From NCBI GenBank assembly GCA_024704765.1, contig JAKMXF010000319.1:1-64000 (forward strand): a DNA stretch of 64,000 nt. Direction: 5' to 3'. Position numbers and translations under genes: made by a program. Source of the stretch: Oopsacas minuta (lineage: Eukaryota > Animalia > Porifera). Positions within the stretch are counted from its first letter, which is position 1; the number at the start of each line of letters is the position of its first letter. Shown here in pieces: positions 50,401-63,695 of this stretch. The notes beneath the pieces were generated by a model. It was not told the DNA's origin. It did no database searches and saw only the letters and a program-made list of their open reading frames with translations.

Positions 50401-53400
50401 ATTCAGAGCTCAACATTGTGATTATCCCCTTATCATTTTCCAACATATCAACCTAATAAGCGATCGCATGACGTCTTTTGAATTTGTCTTTGCATAAACA
50501 TGCTTGTTGAAATGTTGATTCTTTTAGTCCCAGATGCTCCTCCGACGAATATTGTTCTCATGGCGCTCAGTTCTACAACAATGCAAGTATCATTCGGACC
50601 ACCACCGTCTGCAAATCGTAATGGAGACATTCTCTCCTACAAAATCTATTACACTGGATCACCCTTTGATACAAGTACAGTAACATTAAACGTTACAGGT
50701 AGTATCGATCCAGAAGAATCCTACTTAGAGGATATTAATTCTTTGCAAGAATTCAATGCATATAACGTTACGCTGGCCGCTGTGAATGCACAGGGAGTGG
50801 GAGTTGCAAGCGCTCCTTTGTCAGCACAGACTTTTGCTGATGGTAAGTACATTACTAAAGAATTAAACCATTCTTTCCAACTCTCATTGAATACTTTACA
50901 CTTGTATATTCTTCATAATATATATTCTACATTTTTGCATTTCTAGTTCCACTTGCAGCACAAGATCTGATGCTATCAGTTTTAAATGCAACAAGCATTC
51001 AAGTAGATTTCTCTCCACCTCTGCCAGAGGAACAGAATGGTCTAATAACATCGTATACAATACAATACATCGGATTAAACGTAGACACTATGCAAGATGA
51101 TGACACAACCAGTATCACAGATACGACCTATCCAGCATCAGACCAAATTTCTTATATCCTTACACAATTGGAAGAATTTGAAGATTACACTATAACAGTG
51201 TTTCCTGTTAATTCAGCAGGAATTAGTTTTGATCCTCTGTCTGAGTCAGCTATCACCCTTTCCGCAGGTAAAAATAGTACACATCATATGCTCAAAATGA
51301 TGCAATTTTTTGTATTTATAGACCAGTGCACGCAGTTTATAAGAATACAACTGGCATAAAATATACAGGAATATACGAGAACTGATTTCCGCCGGCATGT
51401 TCTTATAACCCGCATCCACTGTATAATGCATACACCGTTGCACACTATACGTAAGTGGTTCAAAACATTCATCACTCGCGGACCATAGGATTATAAATAC
51501 TTTTATGTTTTCTGGAACTATGGAAGACCCCTTTTGCTGATTATTTCATACAGGTGTAATCTGGGCATGCGTTTGCTGTTGCCTCACATCATGTCCAGTT
51601 GTCTTACTTCGTGAAGCGACCTAGAAAGCAAGTCACAATAGTTACAACAAAATAATAAATACACTCAGAAATTCAAGTTTCTTAAAACTTACTTTGCCTA
51701 GTCAGAGTATGTAATAGGTATTGTGATTCATTAATCTTTGTTTAGTTCCTGACTCAGCACCAATTAATGTCAACATCATACCGGATCAAAGAAGTTTGAC
51801 CGTAACATGGGATCCTCCACCAGCAATATCACAAAACGGACAAATCTCAAATTATTTGATTGCCATTACAGGAGATCCATTTCCTTTTACTGAGACTTCT
51901 CCAATAATAATTACAGCTAGTGGATCATATCCTGATACCCAACAATATAGCGAAGATATTACAGGATTGGAAGAGTATAATTCTTACGACATTAGTATTG
52001 CAGCTTCAAATATGATTGGAGATGGTCCATTCAGCCCAGTTAGCACTCAAATGACACTAGAAGCAGGTTAGAATTATTGATGCATAATTTCCATTTTGTG
52101 ATAAAGGAAACACCTAAACTAATGTAATTAGGTAGGTGTTACAGGCCCGAACATTTCAACTTGCTCTACAAGTAAACTGGCTTTGGTCATAGTTTTAACT
52201 GTGCTGAATACACTATAATATTGTAGGAGGCAAGTATTGGTATTTCTCAGGTATCTCAACATATCATTATATATGGCCACACGTTGTATAAAATTCTGTA
52301 TCATGGCCACTTTACCCAGGTTGGATCATGTTGGTCATGTTTGGCTGAATAATGACGTAAAAATTTCTGTCGACAAGTTTGGTCATAAAAGACAGATTGA
52401 GACATTCTATATTTAGAGTTTCTGAATAATGAACACGTTGAGGATATCGCTTCTGTCTGTTTAAGAGAGTTGTCTGCTTCTCGGCGACTGCTAGGGTATT
52501 ACATTTGATTGCTAATTCATTCCGTTCCAGGAGGTTTGTCCGTTGTTGAGGGATTGTCTGCTTCTCTGAGTGTCCGTTTTTGAAGACTCCACTGTAGTTG
52601 ATACTTGTTACATTTTTCTAACCTTTTAGCACCTACTGGAGCTGCTCAAAATGTATCCATCAATTCAGTAACATCTAATTCTTTCAATATTTCATTTCTT
52701 CAACCAATTGGGCAATTGCAGAATGGTCCAATCTTAAGATACGACGTATTATATACTGGAGTTACATTCCAAACTAATAGTTTATTACAGAGCTTTTTTG
52801 TCACAGCAATGGACCCGACGTTAATATCATCTGAGATATTGGTAACTCTTTCAAATCTACAGGAATTCAATGATTATAACATTCAAGTTAGAGCTGTCAA
52901 TAGTGAGGGATCCGCCCCACTAACTATGGCAATACCTGGATCTACTTCTGAAGCAGGTAAGCATTCAATATACAATACACACTCGGTTATCCGAACACCT
53001 TGGTCATATACCTTTACAAGTTTGGTGATAGGATAACCGAAATAGCCACAGAGATTTCTCTGGGCTTGTAGGGCAACAAAAATTCCAGTATAGAACCCAG
53101 AAGGGCGAAAAGTGCCGAGGGTGAGACTCAAATTTGTAAGTTTATGTAAAAAGTGAATCTGCATGAAATAGTGCCAACATCCAGCCAGGAATACCTGAAT
53201 AATTCCTAGAATTGTATTTACATTAATATAATACATTTTTATTAGCTCCAGACATGGCTCCTATTCCCACACAAATTGCACAAGTCAACGCGACAAGCAT
53301 ATTTGTAGCGTGGCAACCTCCGCCAGGAATATCACAAAACGGACAAATAGTATCATATACTTTTTACATTACCGGATATCCTTTCTTTTATACGGACACG

Positions 53401-56400
53401 CCACCTGTTGTACTAGCTACTGGAGGGTATCCAGATACCCAATCATATAGCATAAACATTACAGGATTGGAGGAGTTCAACATGTATAACCTCAGTATTA
53501 TAGCTGAAAATAGTGCTGGATCGAGTCCACCAAGCGACTATATCACTGAAACAACACTAGAAGCAGGTTAGATATTAGTTATATTTGTAGCTCTCTAGAT
53601 TGTGATAAACATATTGATCAGTGCTAAAAAGTTTCAAAATGGGATTTTTCTAATGTTATCTCCTTGAATCAATTGATTTTAAAATATTTCCTGTATTTCC
53701 AGTTCCCGGACGTCCAAGGTTAATCGGTGTTCTTGTCCTGAACGCCACAACAATCCGCGTAGTCTGGAGAGCTCCACTTCCGGCCGATCAAAATGGCATA
53801 ATCCTCGAATACAACATAACCTTACTTCCTGTCAGTGATCTGCCTCCTCCTGCATTAGTAACGGTTGCAAAAGGCGGTAGTTATCCTGTCCCAGATACTG
53901 TATTATATGAAGAGGAAGTGACTGGCCTAGAAGAAGGTTTTGCATATGACATATTCGTGACGGCAGTTACCTCTATAGGACCAGGATTACCTAGTCTGTC
54001 AGTTAGAAGAGAAATGACTCCTGATATCGGTAGGTTTAAAAGATGTACTAAAGTGCAACCTCGATCATCTGAACTCGTTGGCTCCGCGCAAAAGCGTCCA
54101 GATAATCGAGGTCATTTATACATAGTGGAATAGGAACTGAGGCCAGGGGCATGTTCCGATATTCGAAGATTCAGATAATCGCACGGTATAACAAATAAAA
54201 TTAAGCCATGAAGAAGTCGGAACAGTTTGAAAATTAGCTAAAAGTTCATTGTTGAGGTCATGTTTCATGCCAAATAAATGTTGCCATAAATCAAATGTTC
54301 ATCCAAAGCCAAAATCTCTCTGGCAACAGTGCTGCACCTTCCCAATAATGAAGGCTTTTACTGATTTAATTATAGCTCCACCAAACCTTCCTCCCTTCGA
54401 CAGCAGTGCTGTTAACGTTACTTCTGTATCATCAACCAGCTTTGGGTTATCACTACCTAGCGTCTCAGCACTTTTTCTTGGAGGAGCGCATACTGGTTTC
54501 ACTTTCAAGCATCAAGGATACATAACTATTGAAAGTTTATTCTCTATTTCACAAAAAAAGAGAAGTGTAGACCATCTGTATACTACAGATCAAATTACAA
54601 TTGTTACAGAAATGGGGAATGATTTCCTGATCACAGGCCTTCTCCCTCATTTCAACTACATTATTAGTGTATCTGCTAACAACGCGGCTGGAACTTCAGG
54701 AGCTGTGTATTTAGCCGATATTCTATTGAATAGTGATGGTAAGTATTCTTTAACCGCCAATGTGCCTGGAAAATAGACACTTTTGAACATTAGCGGTCCT
54801 TGGGGGGGCGGATAAATGGGCATTGCCCCGGAATTAAAATCATGGCTCCGGCGTGTTGATGGGTGTGTCAGATCTTGGATCCGCCCCTGAATGTAACTAG
54901 GCTCATTAGTTTGAGTGGGAATACGATTATTTTGTGAGGCAGGATTTAGAAGGATAATTCGAATAATATGAGTTTGATGCCATTTTTCAATAATGATTCA
55001 GCATTTTAAGGCCTACATTTATAAATATTTTTCAGTTCCTTCCAGTCCTCCAATCAACATCACAGCAGTCACTACATCCTACTCTACAATAAACTACACA
55101 TGGGATAATAACCTAACTACTATCAACGGTTTTCTACTCAGCTACAGTCTATACTATTCAGAGTCTGGCGAGCCTGCAATTAAGATACCATTTGAAGTTA
55201 ACACACTTGGACCTTACACATTTGTACTGGATGGTTTAGCACCAAATACGCTATACTCATTCTTTATTGCTGTTGTTAATGAGATTGGAGATGGACCTAA
55301 TTCAACACTTGTATGGGCTACAACGCATCCAAAGGGTAAGTAACTTGAGTACATATTCGCTTTGAATTTGTCTTGCAGTCGGCACTTAGTGCCTTCATTG
55401 CTGCCGAATAGGCACTTTTAGGTGCCCTGCACGCATATTGATAAACCCCTGTTAGCAAGCCGCGCAGCGCAAACAAGGGAAGCGAAGGGCGCTTGTCTGG
55501 ATTACTACACCATATTTTATAACAAAAATTGAGAAAGAATCTATTTTATCGAATTACCTTTCCATTTTCTAGTTCCCGAATCGACAATACAACCATTTCC
55601 AAACACTGATTCTCCTCCTATCGAATCTCAAGGTAGTATACAGATACGAGTGCCTACACAGAACTCATTTCCAACAGCTAATATTGCGTAAGTAAATTCT
55701 AGTAAATGTCATAATGGTATATCGGAATCGGTCAGGCGAAGGTCTGAACATTTTTTGTATTGGCCAAAAATCTATGGGACACTTTCCAATTATCCTAAAC
55801 ACTTTCAAATTTCCTGACTACTTTTAATTTGCTTCCTTCGATCCCCATTGAATGGATGAATTGCTTAAAAAATACTACATGTGCCGACACTTTGGCACTA
55901 TTAATTGGAGGCCGTTGTGCCTGTATTCATGCGATATATCTTCCAATAGTGCAATTTATATCATATCTGATATGAATATTCCTCCTCTATTCACCCTACT
56001 ATCTGCCATGGACGCGTACAGTCTTATCAATTCGGAAACAGAGCCTAACATTCGTATACAAGCTGTGCTGGACAGCGAATATTGGAATGGAGAAGGTACA
56101 TATTTCCAGTTTACGATAGGTGATAATATTGAGACCAGTTATAATGGAAATTTGTATATCAATATGCCTCTACAAGCTGGAACCAATTATGAGTTGAGCT
56201 ACTATATTCTATTCTATGATGAAAATGAGGTAAGTTTGCCAATATAATTATCACAGGAATTGTTTATTCGTGATTTCATATTTCTACAGGATATTACTCC
56301 TGAGTTCTCTACAATTGGTTCTTTAGGGGATATTACTACAGCAGGTCAGTATATTCTGAAGTTTGATATATAGTAGACTCCATTCACTGACCAGAAAGGG

Positions 56401-57002
56401 AATACATGCAAATTGTATCTGGTAAATCGGGTCAAATTCGAAATTTTTGTATCGAAGCAGGTCGTAAGATTTGGGCCATAGGGTAGTTGCTGTCTAGGGG
56501 GAGCAAACGGGGTATTTGCCCTGGGTTTGAAAGTCCTGCCCCCTGCCCGGGTATACTAGAACCTGAGACAGGCTCTGCCATAGACCCATCTCAAATCCAT
56601 GTGGCCTGACCACCTATTCGCCTTGCCCCGAAGTGAACCACTATCGCGGAGTCTACTGTAAAATGCATATAACAATTGCTCAATGCTAATCGTATTATCT
56701 TTCTTTCTACAGCTTTCAATACACGTTTTTGCGTAGAATGCGTTGTATTCCCAATTGTAGTAGTTTTACTACTACTCCTCATCCTATGTATAATCGTATT
56801 ACTACTACTGTTCCTTTGCTATTGGTATAAGCAAAGGACAGCATTACAAGGTGCAGTGCATACAAGGAATTCTCCAATCAGGCAAGTACAATTGCAGAGA
56901 ATGGAAAAGAGTATACCTGATAAAGAACAGAATGAAATGTTTATAGCTGAACACGCTAAGGAAGATTTAGGTGCTGACTCATTGGAGAAGAAACCTCTAT
57001 AA
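44407..57002 (+). CDS. Single-pass receptor with 14 FN3 exons and an RPTP-type juxtamembrane domain, short tail, no PTP domain
   Basis: Signal peptide from exons 44407-44448 and 44507-44546 (MFNKFVLIQLLLFMICIQRASAVPAAT). Phase-1 FN3 exons start at 45623, 46042, 46841, 47836, 48255, 49391, 50528, 50947, 51746, 52630, 53246, 53703, 54376, 55036. FQFTIGDN...YINMPLQAGTNY at about 56100-56190. TM VVFPIVVVLLLLLILCIIVLLLLFLCYWY. Stop at 57002. Confidence 0.85.
45292..52307 (+). repeat. Three tandem copies of a 3-exon (A,B,C) FN3 cassette including introns
   Basis: Units start near 45292, 47506 and 50199. Exon A spacing is 2213 and 2692 bp. Near-identical translations recur in the ORF track. Confidence 0.95.
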
Positions 57003-57560
57003 TATATATGTATGTGAATTTATACAGAAAGGTTTGTACCGATACAATAAGAGCCAATTTTATTCTATTTCTCTTTAGGTTTTCATGTTTACAGTCTAGG
57101 AAGTGCAATAGGAACTAGGACAATGTTAAATACATTGACTTTTAGATTTTTGTATATTTTGTCATTTTTGTCATTTTTATTATTTGCACGTTGGATTTAT
57201 ATTTAAACTGTAAACTTTTGATAATTATCCTATCATTCGGGGTATAATCATGCAACTTATGTACTCGCTATCCAACAAAATGTAGCTCTTGTATTCCAAT
57301 TTATACGAAAATTCACACATATTAGAGTTAGATTTTCAACTGGGGTCCGGCTTATCGGATCCCTAACTTGTCTGATCACAAGATATTCTGGTGTTAATTG
57401 TTGATACCATACTATGCGAAAAGTTCAATTTATTTGGTTACTATTGTTTATTCACAAAATACAAGTAAAAGACACCAAAAGTCCATAATATTAGGGGAAA
57501 GATTGGAATATTTAGAGAAAAACAATTAGAAACATATCAATGTGTATATAAACTTATCAT

Positions 57561-58047
57561 TCACTTTCTTAGCCTAGTCTGGCGGAGCGCTAGAGTACAT
57601 GGGATCTGCCCAAGGGAACTCACTCTTCGACAAGCCATACTTTCTTCTTTTTCCATAGTTAAACAAACAAAACAAAATTTGGTATGACAACTTTTGCATA
57701 TCACAATTGGGCATTCGGATTTGTGTAATATAAGTGTAGAACAAGATTTATTCGGACAAGCCCTCGTTGCGGGGAATTTTACACCATTTTTTGATTCTGG
57801 AGGATTTGTCTTCATTGGGGATATAACCAAGATCTCAATATCCTTTTTCTACAACCATTATTCCCACATTCCTGGTGATTTCCTGAATTCTTCCATTCTC
57901 CGAGACAGTACCAACAAAACATGAAGGCATTTTTTCCTTTTTAAGTCATATAATACAATGAACCTGTGCAGTGCTATTATCCTTCCGTGAATATACTGTT
58001 TGGCATTGAGGGCATTGATTGATGTCCTGACTCTCATAGAAGTTGGT
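57561..58047 (-). pseudogene. Disrupted IBR/RBR-type E3 ligase C-terminal exon
   Basis: Reconstructs as TNFYESQDINQCPQCQ...VHCII*LKKGKNAFMFCWYCLGEWKN...CGNNGC...RACPNKSCSTLILHKSECPIVICKSCHTKFCFVCL. It has a TGA at 57946-57948 and needs one extra base in each T5 run (57938-57942 and 57844-57848). Confidence 0.65.
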
Positions 58048-58624
58048 CTATGAGAGCTAATTATTAATATTAAAATTGCATTGCTCTTTCAACTCAAGAT
58101 ATATATACGAGAAAGAGAAAGTTGATTGTTAGTAAATTCACTAATCTCAAGGCTAAGGACGAGAAGAGATGCTCTTCTTCAGAAACTATATTTACTCCGA
58201 GAGGATTATACGCAAGGGAAACAAAGAAAAGTTAGAAAATGAAAACTGTACGCACCGTATGTTGAGACCTAATTTCTAGCATGCTTTGAATTTACATAGA
58301 AAGGTGTTAAAATGTAATTAATCAACAAAAAGGTGGAAAACTTCACTTTAGAAAGAGTTCATACCCGAGGTGCAAATCTCCGACACAAAATGTATATCTG
58401 AATCGAAGTGCTAGATTATGTAAGGTAGCGCTCAGGGACAGAAGGACGTCACACATCGTCCATGCCATTATGGCATCTCCCAATACCAAAAATGAAGAGT
58501 CCTTAGCAACGAATTTAATTTGGATAAATAGGTGAATACACACTAGTAAGTCAACTCCTAATAAAAAAACATAGAATAAATACTATCGAATCTAAAACTG
58601 TAACTCAAGTGATAGGGTAGCTAG

Positions 58625-61600
58625 TTAGTAGTCGAGAGCACATAGCATTGCAACTCCCCTCTTCACCCAATGCTGTTCGGGCATCTTTGTAGGTAACTGT
58701 ATAGCTGTGACAAAGTTAGTAGAGTGTCCTGTTGTAGATAGAACACCTGCTCTCTCCAGTGTCTTGTAAAGAGGACAGTGGTATACACTTGGCTCTGTTC
58801 GGGAGTTGTTTGATACGGGGACTATTGAAATGATGGGCACTTCTGTGTACAGCTGATTGGGGCGAGACTCTATCAATTCGTTTGTTTCATTGCACCATCG
58901 TGCTCCCTATTTAGCATTGGATAATAAATTTGGCCGCTAAACAGGTTGTGAATCCTTCGTAGCCGTGAATCCAAGGTATCGTAGCGATAAATCGGAAATT
59001 CTCAAAAATATCGGAAAAAACATCAAATTTCAAAAATGATCGAACTTCCTTAATTTTCAAACATTTCCCGAAATTTCTATATTTTTCTGTATTTTAACTA
59101 TATTTTCCCGATAATTTCCTTTTTAGAAATATCGAACAGATATGCATATAATATATGTATATATTATATTGTGTAATTTCCTTCTCCACGCTATCACTCA
59201 CCTCTAAATATAGTCCACTAATATAACATCCATTTTCAGGACTCTCTGTAACCTCATGAGAAATAAGTTTGTAGCAAAAGCTTAGTGTATCAATCGGAGC
59301 CATAGTTTTACGGGCGAAGTTTTGTAGAGTTCCTGTTAAGAATGCTTGTGGGAAGAAGAAACCAGGAAACCTATTTCAATAATTTTCAAAATATAGTAGA
59401 AATCAGAAAACATGACAATTTCCCTTCGCGAATTCCTAGCATTATTTAAAATATACGTAAAAAGGTGTGAAAATATGATTAATCATATGATAAAATTGTG
59501 AATTTGTAACTTTCAGCCTCTCAAAATCTCAAAATCGGACTCTACACACCCAACTACCCCTGACATGTTGAAACCAAATCTCTAGCATGCTTTTGAAATT
59601 TACATAGAAAGGTGTGAAAATATGATTAATCACCAAATTGGGGTGAAATTTCATCTGAGGTGCAGACGATCCAAAAGTATATGTAACCAATTTTCATGTT
59701 GATCGTATTGCTAGAATTCGCACGGCCGCGCAGACATCACCCTATAGGAGCTGTTACTAAACTTACCAGAAAACGTTAGGATTTCCATAATTTATCCATC
59801 CTTGTATAAACTTGAGTCTCTCTACCAGATCTTCTAGCCAAGCACCTAGCGGCTTGAGAGAGAGGTATCCTTTAGCTGCCCAACTCTTTGGCACAGAATT
59901 CTCATACAGACTTATACACACATCTTCTAACTCACGAGATAGTACTACCATTCCATTCAGTGCTTTTTGAAGTGTTGTGAGTGAGTCAACGATTGTAGAA
60001 ATCAACGTATTGTATCTTGTGACCTGTTGAATAGATGCATAATAATATATTGAGAAGTTCCTAGCAATTTTCTGACCAAACAGTGAAAAATTCATATTAT
60101 TTGCATATAAATTAGAAATCAGAGGAAAATTCAAAATTCCAGGATTTCGAAATAGATATCAGGGAATTAGTTAGAAAAGGATAATGCACCTCGTGAGTCT
60201 AGCTGTCTTGTTGGGAAAGTGCACACCATGGAACTTGAATGCCCAGTGCCCACACAGACCCAGACAGCCAGACTCATACCCGATACTATCCTCTTAATAT
60301 ATTATATAACAGACCTCTTGAATTAATACAGTGTTTAGTGATTCTTCATACTTAATTGGATACTTCTTCGTGACGTCATCTATTCGAAATTGGGCAGGTA
60401 TTTTTTCCAGGATGCGTTCTGATATAAATTGTACAACCGTCTTACGTGAAGTTACGCTCTTGGTAGAAGTTACTCTTTGGATAGACATTAGACCATCAAG
60501 TAACTGGAAGAATTTCATATATAAAGAAAGGTTTGGAGCGATACATCGTACATGAAAAATATCGAAATAGAAACCTCCAACAAATGGGCTGACTGAGACG
60601 CCGAAAATGCTACCCCGTTTTCCTGTTTATAGAGGCTCATTTGTATGGAAGTATGAATTTGCTCTATTTAATTTTCACTCCGTTTCCACCAGGTTCCGTT
60701 TGTGGAGGTTTCACTAATCGCACATTCCGATATTTTATAGAAACTATTGAAATTGGGATTTCCAAAAGAATCGAAAATATCGAGAATACCCGGAAATTAT
60801 CGAAAAATATCGGTCGCGAAATTTTAGGGAATTTCTGATACCGATTTATTTGATAAATATTAAAATATAGGAATTTTCGATCTTTCGTGTAACTCCTGTT
60901 TACGCATAGGATAAACTATAATTACCTGGACAGCTTGATTGTGACTATATTTAATATTAGCATTTTCATGTAACCCAAATATCTCTGGAGATTCTACTGT
61001 CGGTAGATCAGCTATATACTCAAGATAAGACGATAAATTTGTATTTGGAGGCAACTGGTGGTAGATTCCAGATTTGTCAAACTTGTAATTTTCTTTGAGT
61101 GCATTTTCAGTGTATAAATCGTTTAGAATACTCAATACGCATCGTCTGTCCCAACAGTCTGTCACTCTTCCACCGTAGTTGGCCTCTCCAGCTGTGTACC
61201 TGTGTTATTTAGATAAGTTATAAAATGCAAATGTATTTGTCAAATAGTAATAATTGAATAGCGGGCTTCACTTGCTTGATCGCTGCGGCGGTGAGCGGCC
61301 GTATACTCGGCATTTTGTGCAGCGATTTAGCCAAAATCAAAACGGCCAAATCTTTTAGGCATTTTGTGCCTCGAATTCAACATTGAAGAATATCATGAAT
61401 TTATACATTGTACATCCCCAAATACTTCTAATGGCCTCCTTTGGTGTCACACAGCTTTTGGTCATTAATCTTGGCACTTCGTGCCTCGAGTATTAAGAAA
61501 TACTCAAAATTTTCGAGATTTTGAAAATTACAACTTTTTAATAATCAAGGCACCAAGTGCCAAGATCAATTACCATAAGCTCTGTATCAGCTCATGTGAC

Positions 61601-63695
61601 ACTTCAGGAAACCATTAAAAGCATTTTGAATAAACCTCAGATATTAAAATTCATAAATTTAGGGATTTTCAATTGAGTTACATAGTGCCGAATATCTCCA
61701 GTTCAGCAAGCGAAGCGGCTAGTATATATTAACTGTGTGTACCTCAGAATCTTAAATGGAGTAGCAGGATATTCTTGTAAGAACATCTGTAACTGACTTA
61801 TACTCATCTTCAAATCTGAATCTGCGAACGCATATGGAATATTAAGACCCAAAGAACCAAACCTTTTCCTCTCAACAATCACACCATGGAATAAGCACAA
61901 TGAAAATAACAAATACTTAAATTCTCTCTTCTTGCTACAAACATTCAGCAACTCATCGCTCATATTGGTGTATGATTTGAGAAGATTTGCTTTTATTCCT
62001 TTAGGAGTTTCTAGAGTTAATTTGCAACCGTTCTGTAGGATAGAGACTGGGAACTTTTCACAAGGCATGCTTGATAGCCATAATCTGAAGTCTTTATTAA
62101 CCTAGATAAGTAATAAAGTAACACTAAATGTATAATGCATATCTGTTGTCTGTATCAAAATTCGGCACCGATTTGCGTATCGGAAATGATAAACATCTAA
62201 AGTCTCAATATCGAGATTTTGAAAAGGATCAAAAATATGGAAAATATTGCGAAAATGTTGAAAATATCAAAAATTCTCGAAATAGAAAATAATCAAATTT
62301 TCGATATTTTCCGACGAGACATTTTCATATATTCGGTATTTCTCTATATTTCCCGAAATTTTTCCTATATTTAGAAATATCGAAGCGATATTAATAATCG
62401 CGTAATTTCCCAATACATTGTATCGTATCTGAATTTTTAACCGATACAATCTTTACGAAACCTTGAAAAGTAAACTTACCTTATCTTCATCTATCTGCTT
62501 AATTATTCGCTCTAGTGTAGGCATCCAGCTGGGACAAAGATGACAATCTTGCAAGAACACCCACTTCCCATTCTCCATTCCCTCTTTCATCTTCTTAGCC
62601 GCCATCGGTCCTTGTCCCTGCCCCAGAGACACGCACAGTAGTTTATCTGTGAACTTCATTTCTGCAGCAAACCTATACAACTCAGCTGATGGGTCAGTAC
62701 CCGAAGATAGTATAAATATGAGAGGAGAGGTCGGAGTAGAGTCTTTGAATACAAGTCTCAGGTCAGATGTTTGAGGGTCTATACGAGAATACACATTCTC
62801 ATAAATGGAGAAACATATACAATTGAATGGAATACGTGTATAAAGCAATAAATAATACCAAATATATATTAGGTTAAATCCATGCATTTTCGCCTTTTCG
62901 GTCCATTTCTATTCCTAAATGTAATTGGGCCAGATTCCTACTATACCAAATATTATGAGTCGAATTCCAGCGTCTCACTAAGATTAACAATTAACTCACC
63001 AACAAAACGCTGTCCTACATTATCAGCTACATAGCATTGTATAGCATCTGTAAGTTTATCGGGTCTGATACAACGAAGTAACAGAAGCTTCTGAAATGAA
63101 TTCAAATGTGACCATTTTCCAGGGAGCTCCTCTTTATGAGGTGTGTTGCTATCGAATATGTGTTTGAAGTCTTTAGACGTTTCAACGAACGCACTTGCAA
63201 AGGTTGAAAACTTACCTAAACTCTAGAAAAACATCTAAACCCATTAATAAAAAGGACAATGTAAACAAAGTGTGAAAATATGATTAATCATATGATAAGT
63301 CTGCAAATTAGTAACTTTCAGGCCTTGAAAATATCAAATTCGGACTCTACGCAGCCAATTTCCCCTGACAACTTGTCGAAACATAATCTCTAGCATGATT
63401 TTGAATTTTACACAGAAAAGTGTGAAAATATAATTAATCACCAAAAAGGTGTGAAAATTCATACCCGAGGTGCATATTTCCGATGGCTAGACTCTAACAT
63501 ACCTGAATACTAAGTATTTCATTCCAAGCACGTCCATTAACCCAGTCAGGAGCAGGATTAGGAATTTGTTTACTAATAACACCTCCTCCTGAGATGAAGT
63601 ACTCCAATTCATCTGGACATATGATACCTTCGTTCATCAGGATTCGTGAGGTCAGTAAGAATGAGAATAAAAGTTTGTGCTTTTCAAACAGAGAT
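58625..63695 (-). CDS. DNAH1: Axonemal inner-arm dynein heavy chain, 3' exons only (gene continues past window end)
   Basis: GQGQGPMA...GKWVFLQDCHL, KLTLETPKGIKANL, HGVIVERKRFGSLG, YGGRVTDCWDRR, PEIFGLHENA. The C-terminus GVLSTTGHSTNFV...HWVKRGVAMLCALDY matches the DNAH1-type ending. Confidence 0.9.
59461..59740. mobile_element. HINE/Helentron-like interspersed repeat copy in dynein intron
   Basis: Same blocks as 12551-12790. AAAGGTGTGAAAATATGATTAATCA occurs twice internally. Confidence 0.6.
62165..62450. repeat. AATATCG/CGATATT-rich foldback-like repeat
   Basis: Dense AAAATATCG then CGATATTTT motifs in inverted arrangement. Similar tracts lie near 9485, 16735, 58990, 60760 and 63760. Confidence 0.55.
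63267..63485. mobile_element. HINE/Helentron-like interspersed repeat copy in dynein intron
   Basis: Colinear with 59461-59680. Confidence 0.6.

Noticed and set aside
45292-52307. CRISPR-like or prokaryotic repeat system
   Set aside because: The repeats are kilobase exon-intron duplications in a spliced gene. There are no short repeat-spacer arrays or cas genes.
57946-57948. Selenocysteine recoding of the TGA at a Cys position
   Set aside because: No SECIS identified, and two additional frameshifts point to decay or error.
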